A DNA stretch of 64,000 nucleotides, taken from positions 96,001 through 160,000 of the forward strand of contig CAWGIE010000036.1 in assembly GCA_963822585.1 (NCBI GenBank). Direction: 5' to 3'. Numbering within the stretch: the stretch's first letter is position 1; the number at the start of each line of letters is the position of its first letter. The notes under the pieces were generated by a model. It was not told the DNA's origin and searched no databases. It saw only the letters and a program-made list of their open reading frames with translations. Below, in pieces: positions 1-10,415 of the stretch. Origin of the DNA: an uncultured bacterium (GTDB lineage Bacteria > Auribacterota > Erginobacteria > Erginobacterales > Erginobacteraceae). The translations under genes and the position numbers were made by a program.

Positions 1-845
1 TTCACTCCGGCCGCCGGCAGTTCCAATAATGCCCGGCAGTTACTCCCGAAAGGCGTGTTGAGAGGGCGCGCAGGTTCGTCTTCTCCCCTCCAGTTATGGA
101 AATCTTCGGCGCTAAGACCCGAAAAAACCGGATGACCCGGCGCTATAATAGTCGGCTCCGCCACCCGGGAAAGCGGCCGGGAGAGCATTCTGAACGAGAG
201 TTCCGCCGTCGGCACGTTCTGCCGGAGGCAGAGTATCCCCCCCGTAATGACGGAATTTTTCGCCAGGAGATGAAAGAGGTTGCTTCGTGTGTTCGTGACG
301 GCCCCGGGGCCTATTATCAACGCGTCTCCCCGGAAAAATAACAGGGAGAGATCGGTGGTGACTTCGGAATAGCCGATCCCCAAGGAAGTGAACAAGTCCT
401 TTACTTCACCCCCCGGATCGAAGAGGCCGATCTTCATCCCCCGGAGAACTTCTCTGAGAAGGGCGGCGTTGTCTCGGGGAAAGATATGGAAAGGAAATAT
501 CCTGTCTCCGAGCAACGTATCTCCGGACCGGAAGGCGACCGCCCAGGTGAGTTTGGCCTGCCTTTGTACCTCGGGGAGATGAAGTGTAACGCGGACGTCC
601 CCTCCCCTGCCGGCGGATTGCTTGACCATCGCCAGTCCCTTCTCGATAACCGCCGTCTCAACCAGTGTGGCCCAACGGCACTCTATGTCTCCCCCGGGAG
701 AAAAATCTTCAAACGACAGGGTGCGACTGATGGTGTCGCCGGAAAAGAAACGGTTATCGGCTTCCGCCGCTCCGTCATAGTGAGAGAACACCGGCAACGG
801 ATTTAAAAACAGGACCAGGAACACGCTGGCGCTATATTTTTTCAC
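1..845 (-). CDS. Hypothetical exported protein, partial (runs off the window start)
   Basis: Not in the ORF track. Manual reading gives GTG at 845 (MKKYSASVFLVLFLNPLPVFSH, signal-like). The frame was open in the segments I translated, down to position 3 (…APGHPVFSGLSAEDFHNWRGE…). It overlaps the stop of the upstream ORF. Confidence 0.6.
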   Translation of the reverse strand, partial: MKKYSASVFLVLFLNPLPVFSHYDGAAEADNRFFSGDTISRTLSFEDFSPGGDIECRWATLVETAVIEKGLAMVKQSAGRGGDVRVTLHLPEVQRQAKLTWAVAFRSGDTLLGDRIFPFHIFPRDNAALLREVLRGMKIGLFDPGGEVKDLFTSLGIGYSEVTTDLSLLFFRGDALIIGPGAVTNTRSNLFHLLAKNSVITGGILCLRQNVPTAELSFRMLSRPLSRVAEPTIIAPGHPVFSGLSAEDFHNWRGEDEPARPLNTPFGSNCRALLELPAAGV

Positions 846-1834
846 TGGGTAAAAAGGGGTTGATCTGTTCGACCGTGGCCAGGACCTCGATCTGGTAGAG
901 TTCGTTGCCCGGGAGGACGGAGCCGAGGACGGCTACCTTCCCCGGCGTGAGGGAAGATAAAGCGAAAAGCCGGGCTTCCTTTCCGTCGGTTTCTCCGATC
1001 CGGCGAAAGACCAGATCCACGTCGATAGTGATTTTCCCTCCCGCTTCAATCCGGGGCGTGGTACGAAGCTGGTACGTTAAACCGGAATCCGGCGACAGGG
1101 CAAAGCTGTTGATTATCTCCTGGGAGTTCCTGACGATAACCCGGGGGGACGAAACGGTTCTGCCTTCAGGTTCGCCGTCGCGGCGGAGGATCTTGAAATC
1201 GAGAAAGAGTAATGCCTGCTGGAGATCAGCGCCTCTCTTCGGCTCGCCGTCGGCGAGGTCAAAGTCAACTTGCTTCCCGTCAATCGTTACCCACTTGACG
1301 GGGAGGGAGAAACTTTGCTGGATGCCCCGGAACAAGGAGAGGTCTTTCCGGATATCCTTGGCCAGGATAACGGCGTTTCGGCGGCTCCGCGCCCCGGTTT
1401 GGTTCTCCGGCTTGATTCAATTCAGCCAGGGTATCTTCCGATTCCAGGCGGAGTTCTTCAATCCGCGATTGCAGGGTGGTTAATTTCCAGATGAGGCCGA
1501 CACCGACCAGGAACAGAAGGCCGGCGGCGACGGCCAGGGCTGGCTTCCACCAGGTCCGGGAGAAGAAAGGCGATACCTGAGGCCGGGAAATTTTTTCGGT
1601 TTCGGCGAGGATTCTTTTCCTCATCCCGGGCCAGCGCGCGGCCCATGTCTCCGGTGACGGTTCGTCGGCGAGCACGATCTCCCGGGAGAGCCGCTCGGCC
1701 TCTTTCATCGTCTCCAGAACTCCCCGGCAGGCAGCGCAGGTCTCCAGGTGCTCCTCCAATTCTTGCCGCTCGGCGGGATTTAAGGCCCCGTCGAGATAAT
1801 CCGATAACATCTTTTCCCGATCTGAACAGTTCAT
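832..1834 (-). pseudogene. zf-HC2 anti-sigma factor (TM + extracytoplasmic domain), split by a frameshift near 1415
   Basis: N-terminus has C..LSDYLDG..ELEEHLETCAACR, then a TM helix. ORFs 1280..1834 and 832..1335 join into one frame if a single base near 1415 is removed (…ELIKPENQTGARSRRNAVILAKDIRKDLSLFRG…). Confidence 0.75.
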
Positions 1835-2092
1835 GGTCTCGCTTTCCTATACATATTTATTTTATGCATATGCTGCTCGGAAAGGCATTCGAGCAAGAAA
1901 TCATAAATCCCAATGACCCAATACTCACAATATCGCCGGTTTGAGCTCCTTTGTTTGGAATTTTTCAGTTTGGGTCAGCCTCCTTCGCCAAAGTAGCCTT
2001 TTGGCTACGGCGGCTGAATTTGATATTGTTTCGGATTTAGTATTTCGACATTAGGATTTAAGAGCTTATGAGTTTTTTCGAATAAGCTCTTT

Positions 2093-2683
2093 CTATCTCT
2101 CCTCCCGATAATCGGCGAGCCGTTCCCGCAGATGCTGCCGGGCCTTGAAAACCCGCCAGGAGATCGTCCCCTCCGAGCACCCCTCGATCTCCGCCGCCTC
2201 CCGGTGGGAGAGGCCCTGAAAACAACCAGGACCAGGGCCCTCCGAATAGGATTGCTCAGAGAATCGATGGCGGCCCAGACGGCGGCGCGGGTTTCCTTAT
2301 TTGGTGATGAGGGTTCCTTTTCTGCCCTTCGCTGACTTTTGTTAACGAAGTCCGCTATCGATCTCGGGCGGCAAGACGATATTCGCTTCGCCGTTTTTTC
2401 CGGTAATTAATGCAGAGATTGACCACGATTCTATACAACCAGGTAGTAAAGACGTCGAACCTCCCCGGAATGTTTTCAAATTCCGATACGCCTTGATAAA
2501 CGCTTCCTGCAGCATATCCTCGGCGTCCGCGTGATTGCCCAAAATCTGGAAAGAGACGGAGTAGACCCGTCTTCCGTACGTATCGATCAATTCCTCCAAA
2601 GCTTCCAGATCCCCCTCCCGGCTTCTCCGGATAAGGATCTTTTCAGTCTCACAATCCGATTTTCGTTTCATTAACTTTGACAA
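2093..2683 (-). pseudogene. ECF (sigma-70 group 4) sigma factor with several frameshifts
   Basis: Region 2 DAEDMLQEAFIKAY is in the ORF. FTTWLYRIVVNLCINY lies in a shifted frame after ~2450. Region 4 GLSHREAAEIEGCSEGTISWRVFKARQHLRERL is in a further frame, ending at TAG 2093-2095. Confidence 0.85.
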
Positions 2684-2851
2684 TCCTAATGCGGATAACC
2701 TTGGCTTTTAATTCGGATTATTTGATGAAAATCGAACATTGCCGCTAATGAATCCAGGTTATCGATTATCGCTCAACGCATTACGAATATCAATCTCGTT
2801 TTGCTTCCTCTATCCGGAATTTTACTCTTTTTCTTCGAAAAAATATTTAAA

Positions 2852-2908
2852 AAAAGCCAAGGATCCCACCATCTCGATTGTCAGATCATACGTCAACGCC
2901 ATTGGGAG
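2852..2908 (+). repeat. Dispersed ~57-bp conserved non-coding element, copy 1 of 4
   Basis: AAAAGCCAAGGAT-N7-TCTCGATTGTC-N5-TACGTCAAC..CATTGG; other copies at ~23067, 25713, 28568. Confidence 0.85.
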
Positions 2909-2923
2909 TTTGTCACAATCGAA

Positions 2924-5244
2924 ATGGATACGATCGATCCCTTGAACCGAACCATTCATTCCGATTACGATGAACTGGATCGAGTGGTTAAAATTACTGA
3001 GCCTTTGGGGAGAATTACCAAGTATCGTTACGACGGAAACGGCAACCGGGTCAAGACAATAAATCCCCTGAATGTAGAGACCGTTTTTACTTATAATGGT
3101 TTGAATAAGGTCGCCTCCATCACCCAGCCCGTTAATGAAGGATCAATAACTTCCGTGACTACTTATTTTGAATATGACTGCCTCGGAAATAGGACCCTTG
3201 TCATTGACGGCAAGGGAAATCAGACTCAATATGAGTATAATCTTGACGGGAGATTGAGCAATGTGACCAATGCCAATAACGAGACCATTGACTATACTTA
3301 TTATCCCGGTGGTCAGCTAAAAACCCTGACCGACGCCATCGGCCACGTGACTTTCTATACTTATGATGATGCGAATAAACTGATTGAGACCACATATGCC
3401 TACGGAACCGCTAACGAACGAGTGGAATCTTTTACCTATGATGATGCCGGCAATATGATCGGCAAAACTTTGAGATCCGGTGAAACAATTACTTTTGAAT
3501 ACGATCTTATCAATCGGATGACTAAGAAAACCATCCCCGGCGATCCGGACAAAGTGACCGATTATGTTTATGACGATCTGGGCAGGATGACCTCCGTCAC
3601 CGACGAGAACGGGACCATCGCCTACGTCTTCGATGACGCCAACCGACTACTCTCCGTGACGTTCCCCGATGATAAGACGCTCGCTTATGAGTATGATTTG
3701 GTCGGGAACCGGACCAGGATAACTTACAGCGACGAAAGCTATGTTGAATATACCTACGACGCACTGAACCTATGGACCAGGTTATCGACCAGGAAGAGAA
3801 TGTCCTGGCCGATTATTCCTACAATGCCGTGAGGCGGACCGGTCTTCAGTATCTGAATGGGACTTCCGTCAGTTACGATTACAATGATGCTAACTGGATC
3901 ACGGCCCTGTTCAATACCCAGTCAGACCAGGGCGATATATCAGAGTTCGCCTACACTCACGACGAGGCCGGCAACCGCCTGACCAATACCGCGAGCTGGG
4001 GAACCCAGACGTATTCTTACGACAACATTTACCAGGTCACCCAGGTGGATTATCCGGACGGTTATCCCTTCTCCGACATGACCTATTACTATGATCCGGT
4101 GGGGAATAGGGACTCAACCATCGACGGCGGGACGGTGAATTACGAGAATAACGAACTCAATGAGTACACTTCCGTGGACTGGACGACTTTTACCTCCGAC
4201 CTTCGGGGAAATCTTACCAATGATGGAAGCAACATTTATTCTTATGACCTGGAAAATAAACTGACTGCTGTCAACAGCAATATCAACTATGAATATAATC
4301 CGTTTGGCTTAAGAATCGGTAAGACGGTTGATGGGGACACCACCAACTACGTTCTGTACAATAATCGTGTGATTGAAGAATGGGAAGATGAAAATCTGGT
4401 CAGGAAATTCATCTATGGGGTCGGGATAGACGAGCCTCTGGTGATGGAGACGGGAGGGAATAGGTATTTCTATCACTTTGATGCCCTAGGCAGCGTTCAA
4501 AATCTAACAGATTCAACTGGAACAATTCTTGCCACGTACAAGTATGATATTTATGGAGATTTTCAGATCAGCGGAGATGCCCACGGCAATCCCTATACCT
4601 TCACCGGTAGGCGTTATGATCCGGAGAGTGCATTATTTTATTACCGAGCCAGGATGTATTCGGTAGAAATTGGGAGGTTTCTACAGGCTGATCCAATTGG
4701 ATATAAAGCAGGGCTAAATATATATACTTATGTGTTAAATAATGTTAATAATAATATTGATTCTTCCGGATTGTATTCTGGTTTCAGTGACTGGACCACT
4801 GAGGATTTTGTTAACATATATTTAGCGGGATATGGTTTGCCTGTTGATTTAGAGGAAGCAGGTTTGCTTGATGAAGTAATTACTTCTGCTGGAGCTTGTA
4901 TAGAACAGGCGGAAGTAATCGTACTTGTCGCGGCTACCACTGTTGGAAGGAGTTTAAAATGTCCTGAAGGAGGAAACGCAGAAATTAGTAATACATTGTC
5001 ATGCAAATTTGATGCAACTGCAAATATTTTTGTCTTAGGCAATACTACATTACTAACAGATTACAAGTGTAATATCTCAGCAGATTGCACTAACTGCAAT
5101 TATTCATATTCTTGCAATTTACATCATAGAATAAGAGATTCATTTGAAGATCCCCTTGATATAGGGGTAGAAATTCCCTTTTCTGTGCCATATGATATAA
5201 CAGCAGATTGGTATAGTAATCTTTCAGGTGGAGGGAAATTATGA
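2924..5244 (+). CDS. Rhs/YD-repeat toxin module 1 (N-terminally truncated, frameshift at ~3770)
   Basis: YD repeats and Rhs core (YYRARMYSVEIGRFLQADPIG…NIYTYVLNN..DSSGL). CTGAACCTATGG here versus CTGAACCGGATGG in the paralogous copies explains the split into ORFs 2801..3832 and 3772..5244. Confidence 0.9.
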
Positions 5245-5966
5245 TGACCAAAATATATAAGCTTGGAAATATATTTAGTATAATTATTTTAGTAGTTATT
5301 CATTTGAATTGCGAGGGGAGATTTTCTGATTATTCTTTTGAGTTGCAAAATGGTTATAGTTTTATGAGATGGCGCGGGGATGGTTTTGGCAAGGAAATTC
5401 AGGATGCAAATAAGGAAACAATTATAGCTTATGTTGGAGCCTTCAATACTAAAGGCAATTTAATCTTTGGATATTCTGAAAAGCCAGTAAAATATTACCC
5501 TAAGACTGAATATAACCAAGAATATTTTATTATAGATACAAAAAATCATACTATAAATAAGGGATTATCAAAAACTGAATGGTTTGATGTGATATCGCAA
5601 TATGGGATTAATAAATCTCCAGTGTTGTACCGCCCCAATCGATTTTGGGGGATAACAAAGTTATTTTTCCAAAGAGGCATAATGATAGATAAACAGGACA
5701 ACAAATTTTTAAAATCAACTAAAAAGACTCGAATATTGACGGAAGAAAAACAGAATTCGTATAATCTTATAGATATCAATACCGCCGACGCTGAATTATT
5801 AGAAAAGCTTGATTCGGTTGGTCCAATTACAGCAGCTAAGATATGTTATGAAAGAGAGAAAAATGGCCCTTTTCATGCATTAGAAGAAGTGGCTTCCAGA
5901 GTAAAAGAAATTAATTTAAAAGTGATTTCGAAATGGGAAGGAAAAGCCTTTTGCGGTCAACAATGA
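5241..5966 (+). CDS. Putative immunity protein (DUF3997-like) fused to a C-terminal ComEA-type helix-hairpin-helix domain
   Basis: Overlaps the toxin stop (ATGA). N-terminal hydrophobic segment. DYSFELQNGY…EYFIIDTK resembles DUF3997. C-terminus IDINTADAELLEKLDSVGPITAAKI..REKNGPF is a ComEA-like HhH. Confidence 0.7.
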   Translation: MMTKIYKLGNIFSIIILVVIHLNCEGRFSDYSFELQNGYSFMRWRGDGFGKEIQDANKETIIAYVGAFNTKGNLIFGYSEKPVKYYPKTEYNQEYFIIDTKNHTINKGLSKTEWFDVISQYGINKSPVLYRPNRFWGITKLFFQRGIMIDKQDNKFLKSTKKTRILTEEKQNSYNLIDINTADAELLEKLDSVGPITAAKICYEREKNGPFHALEEVASRVKEINLKVISKWEGKAFCGQQ

Positions 5967-5994
5967 ATTGGCATGGATAGTCTGAAAATTGGGG

Positions 5995-6142
5995 TCACCC
6001 ATTGAAGGTTGATTGTCAAGGGACGCAAAATCTCCGTAATCAAAAATATCTAAAAATCTTTTTGATTAACACGTCACCACAATCAAGTCCAATACGATTT
6101 CCCGCACCTGTTATTTCTTAGGGTTTTGATTCCGGAAGATAG
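5995..6142 (-). mobile_element. Truncated terminal 148 bp of an IS110-family element (copy 1)
   Basis: Near-identical to 22283..22430, which is the end of the IS110 remnant. Contains outward TTGACA (minus strand) and abuts TTGGGG|TCA. Confidence 0.7.
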
Positions 6143-6166
6143 ACTATCCCCGGCGATCCGGACAAA

Positions 6167-7612
6167 GTGACCGATTACGTTTATGACGATCTGGGCAGGA
6201 TGACCTCCGTCACCGACGAGAACGGGACCATCGCCTATCTCTTTGATGACGCGAACCGGTTGCTCTCCGTGACGCTCCCCGATGATAAGACACTCGCTTA
6301 TGAGTATGATTTGGTCGGGAACCGGACCAGGATAACTTACAGCGACGAGAGCTATGTGGATTACACCTACGACGCACTGAACCGGATGGACCAGGTTATC
6401 GACCAGGAAGAGAATGTCCTGGCCGATTATTCCTACGATGTTTTAAGGAGAACCGGCCTTCAGTATCTGAATGGGACTTCCGTCAGTTACGATTACAATG
6501 ATGCTAACTGGATCACGGCCCTGTTCAATACCCAGTCAGACCAGGGCGATATATCAGAGTTCGCCTACACTCACGACGAGGCCGGCAACCGCCTGACCAA
6601 TACCGCGAGCTGGGGAACCCAGACGTATTCTTACGACAACATTTACCAGGTCACCCAGGTGGATTATCCGGACGGTTATCCCTTCTCCGACATGACCTAT
6701 TACTATGATCCGGTGGGGAATAGGGACTCAACCATCGACGGCGGGACGGTGAATTACGAGAATAACGAACTCAATGAGTACACTTCCGTGGACTGGACGA
6801 CTTTTACCTCCGATCTGCGGGGGAATCTCACCAATGATGGAAGCAATGTTTATTCTTATGACCTGGAAAATAAACTGACTGCTGTCAACGGCAATATCAA
6901 CTATGAATATAATCCTTCCGGCCTAAGAATCGGCAAGACGGTTGATGGGGACACTACCGACTACGTTCTGGACAATAACCGCGTGATTGAGGAGTGGGAA
7001 GACGGCGAACTTCAGAGGAAATTCATTTATGGCTTGGGGATAGATGAGCCTCTGGTGATGGAGACGGGAGGGAATAGGTATTTCTATTACTTTGACGCCT
7101 TGGGCAGCGTTCAAAATCTGACTGAAGAGAATGGCTCAACGGTTGCCTCGTACAAATATGATATCTATGGAGCTTTTGATCTTACCGGCTCCTCGCACGG
7201 AAATCCTTACACTTTCACAGGGAGGAGATATGATTCAGAAACCGGTCTATTTTATTATCGGGCAAGATATTATAGTCCGGAAATAGGCCGATTTATGCAA
7301 ACTGATCCAATAGGATATGACGATATCTTGAATTTATACACGTACGTTCTAAATTCGCCAATAAATTATAATGATCCAAAAGGTTTATCTAGTAAGGGAT
7401 CCACTCCATGTCCAACTCCCACGCCACTGACAGAATTGCCAGAGGACTGTAATGAATTAAAACATGAATCCAACTACATTAATGATCTTCAAGGCAGTAA
7501 ATGGTGTACCAAGTGTGTAGATTGTTGCAGAACTAGTGATATGGGTTATAGGAACAGGCTTGATTGTATTACAGGTTGTACAATTATGCGTGAATCTTAT
7601 TGGCAGAAGTAG
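6167..7612 (+). CDS. Orphan Rhs module 2 with a short Cys-rich C-terminal tip
   Basis: Core nearly identical to module 1. DPKGL cleavage-type motif followed by a ~74-aa Cys-rich tip. Confidence 0.9.
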   Translation: MTDYVYDDLGRMTSVTDENGTIAYLFDDANRLLSVTLPDDKTLAYEYDLVGNRTRITYSDESYVDYTYDALNRMDQVIDQEENVLADYSYDVLRRTGLQYLNGTSVSYDYNDANWITALFNTQSDQGDISEFAYTHDEAGNRLTNTASWGTQTYSYDNIYQVTQVDYPDGYPFSDMTYYYDPVGNRDSTIDGGTVNYENNELNEYTSVDWTTFTSDLRGNLTNDGSNVYSYDLENKLTAVNGNINYEYNPSGLRIGKTVDGDTTDYVLDNNRVIEEWEDGELQRKFIYGLGIDEPLVMETGGNRYFYYFDALGSVQNLTEENGSTVASYKYDIYGAFDLTGSSHGNPYTFTGRRYDSETGLFYYRARYYSPEIGRFMQTDPIGYDDILNLYTYVLNSPINYNDPKGLSSKGSTPCPTPTPLTELPEDCNELKHESNYINDLQGSKWCTKCVDCCRTSDMGYRNRLDCITGCTIMRESYWQK

Positions 7613-7667
7613 TTATGGAAGATAATTTCATCTATAGAAATTATTAGTTGGGTTTTTAACTTATAAA

Positions 7668-8639
7668 ATGAAAAAGCAAAAATTTTATATTACTGCCACT
7701 CTTATTATTCTTACTATTTTCATTATCATTTTAGTAGGACATCACTATTTAGAGGTAAAATACGATTTATTACTACTACGATATGGTAATCCTGATCAAA
7801 AGACTAGTGCTTTAAAGAAATTACGGAAGACCGAATCAGGTATAAAGCAAGGTTTTAATCTTGCAATAGAGGTTTTAAAAAATGAGAATCCCAAAGTGAG
7901 ATTAGAAGCCATTCGTTTTTTTGAAAATTCAGTGCCGATCATGGGGAAATTTCCCCTGCGGGAAATTTCGAAAGATGTTATTCCATTGTTAGATGATGAG
8001 AATAAAAACATAGCAGGTTGGGGCATAGTTCTTATGGGTAAAATAGGTGGGCAGCGTTGTCTCGATGCGATAATCAAAGCCATGAAGAATCAAAATGCTG
8101 ACATAAGATTTTGGGCTATCTATTCGTTTGGCTTTTATATGTTGGATGAAAATACTCGCCAGGAATATTTACCGCAATTAAAAAAAGTCTATGTATCAGA
8201 GATTGATAGCATAGCAAAATGGATGGCTGCCGTAACGTTGGCTAGGATGGGGGATAAAAGTGGCTATGATTTATTAAAGAAATGGGCAGAAATAGATGCT
8301 AAAACGCAGGACTTCTTGTGGCGGAAAATAGTATCAAGTTCCGCCTTAATAATGTTAGGAGAAAAGTGGCCCGTCCCAACAATCCTATCTAGGCTTAATA
8401 ATACAGAAGCTTATCCAACTTACCAAGCAATGGTAATAGACACATTGCAGAAGGTTACGGGTGTTTCTTTAGGATTTGATCGGGAAAGTTGGTACTTACT
8501 GCCGGGGGATAGGAGGGTAGAGATCATAGGCAAATGGATTGACTGGTGGAAGAAAAACAAGGACAAACTAATCTGGAATCAAGATAAGCAGATGTTTGAG
8601 GAGAGGGCGGGGAATCAAATCTTTCCTCTTGATAAATGA
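7668..8639 (+). CDS. HEAT-repeat putative immunity protein, membrane-anchored
   Basis: N-terminal TM segment and HEAT-like repeats (NENPKVRLEAIRFF, QNADIRFWAIYSFG); directly downstream of the Rhs tip; AT-rich. Confidence 0.7.
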   Translation: MKKQKFYITATLIILTIFIIILVGHHYLEVKYDLLLLRYGNPDQKTSALKKLRKTESGIKQGFNLAIEVLKNENPKVRLEAIRFFENSVPIMGKFPLREISKDVIPLLDDENKNIAGWGIVLMGKIGGQRCLDAIIKAMKNQNADIRFWAIYSFGFYMLDENTRQEYLPQLKKVYVSEIDSIAKWMAAVTLARMGDKSGYDLLKKWAEIDAKTQDFLWRKIVSSSALIMLGEKWPVPTILSRLNNTEAYPTYQAMVIDTLQKVTGVSLGFDRESWYLLPGDRRVEIIGKWIDWWKKNKDKLIWNQDKQMFEERAGNQIFPLDK

Positions 8640-8670
8640 TCTGCATTTTCAACATTTGATTTAAACATTC
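8609..8670 (+). repeat. Module-junction linker GGGG(T/AA)TCAAATCTTTCC..TTGA.AAATGATCTGCATTTTCAACATT, copy 1
   Basis: Near-identical to 11149..11209. It supplies the last codons and stop of the upstream immunity gene. Confidence 0.85.
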
Positions 8671-8715
8671 CGTTACGGCGAGACGATCACTTATGAATAT
8701 GACCTCATCAATAGG

Positions 8716-10398
8716 ATGACCAAGAAAATCATCCCTGGCGATCCGGACAAAGTGACCGACTACGTATATGACGATCTGGGCAGGATGACCTCCGTTATCG
8801 ACGAGAACGGGACAATCGCCTATGTCTTTGATGACGCGAACCGACTACTTTCCGTGACGTTCCCCGATGATAAGACGCTCGCTTATGAGTATGATTTGGT
8901 CGGGAACCGGACCAAGGTGACTTATACAGACGAGAGTTACGTGGAATATACCTATGACAACCTGAACCGGATGGACCAGGTTATCGACCAGGAAGAGAAT
9001 GTCCTGGCCGATTATTCCTACAATGCCGTGAGGCGCACCGGCCTTCAGTATCTGAATGGGACTTCCGTGAGCTATGCTTACAATGACGCGAGCTGGGTCA
9101 CGGCCCTGTTCAATACTCAGTCAGAACAAGGCGATATCTCATATTTCACGTACACCCACGACGAGGCCGGAAACCGTCTGACCAATACCGCGAGCTGGGG
9201 AACACAGACCTATTCTTACGACAACATTTACCAGGTGACAAATGTGGATTATCCCGAAGGATATCCGTTTGCCGACATGATCTATAACTACGACCCCGTA
9301 GGGAACCGGGACTCAACCGTCAACGGCGGGACGGTGGGGTATGAGAACAACGAGCTCAACGAGTACACTTCCGTGGACTGGACGACTTTTACTTCCGACC
9401 TGCGGGGGAATCTCACCAATAATGGAAGCAAAGTTTATTCTTATGACCTGGAAAATAAACTGACGGCTGTCAACGGCAATATCAGTTATGAATATAATCC
9501 TTCCGGCTTAAGGATCAGCAAGACAGTTGAAAGCAATACAATAAATTACGTTCTGGACAATAACCGTGTGATTGAGGAGTGGGAAGACGGTGAACTTCAG
9601 AGGAAATTCATCTATGGGGTGGGGATAGACGAGCCTCTGGTGATGGAGACGGGAGGGAATAGGTATTTTTATCACTTTGATGCCCTAGGCAGCGTTCAAA
9701 ATCTAACAGATTCAACTGGAACAATTCTTGCCACGTACAAGTATGATATTTATGGAGATTTTCAACTGAGCGGGAATTCCCAAGGAAATTCATACACCTT
9801 CACCGGCCGGAGATTCGACTCAGAGAACGAACTATTTTATTATCGGACGAGGTATTATAATGCAGGGTTGGGAAGGTTTCTGCAAGTTGATCGGATAGGA
9901 TATGAAGATTCGGTTAATTTATTTATTTATACTTTAAATGATCCAATTAATATAAAAGATCCAGGCGGAAATAAATGTTGTTGTAAGGAATCAACATGTA
10001 AGATAAAAATCGCGTTGCCTGCAGCAGATTGTACTAAGGATTTAGAAGTTACTTTAAAAGATTATGCAAAGGTTACAATAGAAACAACGGGCAATGTGGA
10101 TGTGAGTAAATGTCATTTACACCAAGAAGCAAAATGGGAAAATTATTATCTAATAACAAAAGTAGATGAGGACCTGGATGATTATCCAAGCCATCCAGCT
10201 GGGGATACGGGTTTTACTGATAAACCATCCTATACAAAATCATATTTAGGTAGTTTTCGCTTTACGGGAAAAGTATATATAGAAGAAATTCCAGAAATAA
10301 GCAGCACTTGGGGTATTTACACCAAAAGAGCTAGATATGATAAACCTGGGGGAGAGTGGAACGAAAGGTGGGACGAATGCTATTCCTATATAGAATAA
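8716..10398 (+). CDS. Orphan Rhs module 3
   Basis: Rhs core ending DPGGN, then a novel tip beginning KCCCK. Confidence 0.9.
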   Translation: MTKKIIPGDPDKVTDYVYDDLGRMTSVIDENGTIAYVFDDANRLLSVTFPDDKTLAYEYDLVGNRTKVTYTDESYVEYTYDNLNRMDQVIDQEENVLADYSYNAVRRTGLQYLNGTSVSYAYNDASWVTALFNTQSEQGDISYFTYTHDEAGNRLTNTASWGTQTYSYDNIYQVTNVDYPEGYPFADMIYNYDPVGNRDSTVNGGTVGYENNELNEYTSVDWTTFTSDLRGNLTNNGSKVYSYDLENKLTAVNGNISYEYNPSGLRISKTVESNTINYVLDNNRVIEEWEDGELQRKFIYGVGIDEPLVMETGGNRYFYHFDALGSVQNLTDSTGTILATYKYDIYGDFQLSGNSQGNSYTFTGRRFDSENELFYYRTRYYNAGLGRFLQVDRIGYEDSVNLFIYTLNDPINIKDPGGNKCCCKESTCKIKIALPAADCTKDLEVTLKDYAKVTIETTGNVDVSKCHLHQEAKWENYYLITKVDEDLDDYPSHPAGDTGFTDKPSYTKSYLGSFRFTGKVYIEEIPEISSTWGIYTKRARYDKPGGEWNERWDECYSYIE

Positions 10399-10415
10399 AA
10401 TAAAGGGAGTAAAAC

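Noticed and set aside
2801..2923. N-terminal extension of the first Rhs ORF as a signal peptide
   Set aside because: It is read-through of the non-coding 57-bp repeat from a TTG start; Rhs similarity begins at ~2924.
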